Source of the DNA: Basidiobolus meristosporus CBS 931.73
Taxonomy: Eukaryota; Fungi; Basidiobolomycota
Direction of reading: 5' to 3'
Length of the DNA: 64,000 nt
NCBI GenBank assembly: GCA_002104905.1
Contig: MCFE01000101.1
Location: 108,276 to 172,275, forward strand
Below, in pieces: positions 61,608 through 64,000 of this stretch. Every line of letters begins with the position of its first letter. The stretch's first letter is position 1. Below the pieces are notes generated by a model. It was not told where the DNA came from, did no database searches, and saw nothing but the letters and a program-made list of their open reading frames with translations. The position numbers were made by a program, and so were the translations under genes.

Positions 61608-64000
61608 TGTTGTAAGAGTCTTGGAGATATTGGAAGTGATTGGGAGGACAAGTAGATTATGTGGTTTTCACTTAATGATTTATTGAATGTAAAAGTAGTA
61701 TTTATACTTTTACATGGTCTTGGCATTACAAACACGTAGAATAGGTTAAGGAAGGTCCCAAGAACATGTGTGCAAAGTTTGGGGCTGTTTGGACAACTTT
61801 GAGAATTTTCATGTTCTGGGTACCTGGTATTTTGGTGAAAATATTCTAAGTAAATCCCGACAAGGAATTTGGTCAGTATTCTCTAGGATTTGAAGGTGAT
61901 GATCTAAGTGACTAAGTTAGGTGAATATTTAGGTGGAAATACGAATTTTTACAACACTCCCACTCAGCTAAATGTTCATACTGACTAGTCCTAATTTTGA
62001 CCTAAGATATTCAAACTTGTCTCTAGCTAATGGTTTGGTAAATATGTCTGCAATCATTTCATCTGTAGGACAGTAAACTAAGCTAACTAAGTTATTCTCT
62101 ATAGCTTCACGTATGAAATGATGTCTAATATCTATGTGCTTGGTTCTAGCATGAAAAGTTGGATTTCTACCTAATTGTATACATCCTTGATTATCTTGAA
62201 ATAAAGTAATAGGCGTTTTTTGACATAGGCCTAAATCTGTAAAGAGCTTTCTTAACCACATTGCTTCTTTTGTAGCTTCACAGGCTGCCATATACTCTGC
62301 CTCTGTAGTAGAAAGTGCTACGGTTGGTTGCTTTCTTGAATTCCATGAAATGGCTCCTTTACAGTAAAGAAAGGTGTATCCTGTGGTGGATCTTCTGTCT
62401 TCTAAATTTCGTCCCCAATCAGCATCAGAGTATCCCACAAGATCCTGTTCTGAATCCTTATAAGTGTATCTTAAGCAGATATCAGCAGTTCCTTTTAGGT
62501 ATCTAAAAATCCGCTTAACTGCTGCAATATGATCAGATCCATAATTCTGATTATGTTGGCTGACAACTCCCACTGAATATGAGATATCTGGACGTGTTCC
62601 AAGCATGATATACATCAGACTGCCGACCATAGATTGATAAGGAAAGTCAGGGCTTTCAGATGGCACCAAGCTCTCTTGATTTGGTTGAGTTTTGACCAAG
62701 TTAAGGTTTGTCTCCATTGGGGTAGCTGCCGGTTTACAGTCTTCCATTTTGTACTTCTTTAGTATATCTTGAATATACTTGGATTGGCTTAGGGTAATAG
62801 TCTGGGTACTTCTGTCTATGGAGAACTTAATCCCTAAGTAGTAACTAAGTTCTCCTAGATCGGACATCTTGAACTCCTTAGATAGGCTGGATTTAGTCTC
62901 TTCCAATGTTTCTAGGTTATTGGCGGCTATAATAAGATCATCCACATATAGAGCTAATAGAACTGGATTTGCTCTATCTGGCTTATAGTATATACTATAG
63001 TCAGCATTACTCCTTTTGAAACTCAAAGATTCCAAATAAGAATCTATCTTGCAATTCCAGGCTCTTGGTGATTGTTTGAGACCATATAGTGACTTTTTAA
63101 GCTTGCAGACCAAATGGGGGTTATCTTGGTCAACAAACCCATCAGGCTGGTCCATATACACGTCCTCATCAAGTTCTCCATTCAAAAATGCAGTTTTTAC
63201 ATCCATTTGATGAATAAAAAACTTATATTTGGCCGCAATAGCCAATATTAATCTGATGGAATTAAACTTGGCTACCGGTGCAAAGGTCTCAGTATAGTCA
63301 AGTCCTTTTGTTTGAGAGTATCCTTTGGCTACAAGTCTTGCTTTGTATCTTTCAATTGTACCATCAGCCTTGTATTTTGTCTTGAAGACCCATCTGCATC
63401 CAATTGATTTTCGGTTGATTGGTAATTTGACTAAGTCCCAAGTTTGATTTTCCATCAGTGCCTGATATTCCTCAGTCATTGCAGATCTCCAAAACTTTGT
63501 CTGAGGACTATTTAGGGCCTCTTTTACAGTCTGGGGTTCATCAACATGGACTGAATAGGCATAGGCTAAGTTTGTACCCTCATTGATATAGTAATTTGGG
63601 CTATTTCTTGTCCGATTGGATCTCCGGGCATTTGATACTGGAATGATCACTTCTGGGATATTCCTGGGCACTGATTCTGGCTGAACCACGGTTGTAGAGT
63701 CCTCTGGAGTGAAAAAATTTTCATTGTTTTGCTCTGATTCAATCCTGACAATTGGTGGACTTGAGATCAAATTTTTGTCATCATCTGATGTCATTTTTTG
63801 TGAAAATTTTGAATTTTCATCAAACAACACATCCCTGGACTTGATCAGCTTCTTTGCTTTGGTATTGTAGAGTCTGTATGCCTTACTCTCATTGCAGTAG
63901 CCCAAAAATATGCATTTTACACTTTTTGGCTCAAATTTTGACTGATTTCCGGCCAGTTTTTTGGCATATGCTGTACACCCAAATATTCTTAGATGTTCTG
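61608..64000 (-). mobile_element. Ty1/copia element B of the same family, inserted in opposite orientation into A: 3' LTR 61608-61956, PPT 61957-61967, pol 61968 to beyond 64000
   Basis: LTR about 98% identical to A's (at least 7 differences counted); PPT (CT)GAGTGGGAG; uninterrupted RT (ERYKARLVAKG, HQMDVKTAFLNG, LYVDDL) and RNase H (GYSDADW, KHIDIRHHFIRE). Predicted TSD is TTCAA. Confidence 0.95.

Overview
Eukaryotic DNA from an intron-rich fungus, with short GT-AG introns of about 50-70 nt and CTAAC/CTGAC branch sites. It looks like an early-diverging lineage; Basidiobolus is only a guess. The window has two compartments. About 1-44.5 kb is gene-dense and housekeeping: PPR protein, small RRM protein, VPS35, bacterial-type dicarboxylate/amino-acid symporter, F-box/LRR, folliculin, ITPA/HAM1, D-2-hydroxyglutarate dehydrogenase, PA2G4/Cdb4, YHM2, AlaRS, bL9m, frataxin, two tail-to-tail VPS15 paralogues and a Skg3/Caf120-like PH protein. 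About 44.5-64 kb is accessory: three small secreted Kre9/Knh-N-like genes (two form a palindrome with identical 345-bp arms), a secreted protein resembling an actinobacterial GH92-associated domain, pseudogenes, a stand-alone HAD phosphatase, and a CpG-depleted nest of retroelements (a non-LTR RT element interrupted by a copia, itself interrupted by an inverted copia of the same family). The best leads are: the VPS15 pair, where one copy lacks a block of about 17 introns; the gene-converted palindrome; the likely horizontally acquired secreted protein; and an almost CpG-free non-LTR element whose RT and ORF1-only units share a 3' stem-loop/C-tract module. All exon boundaries were read by eye, and no database searches were run.
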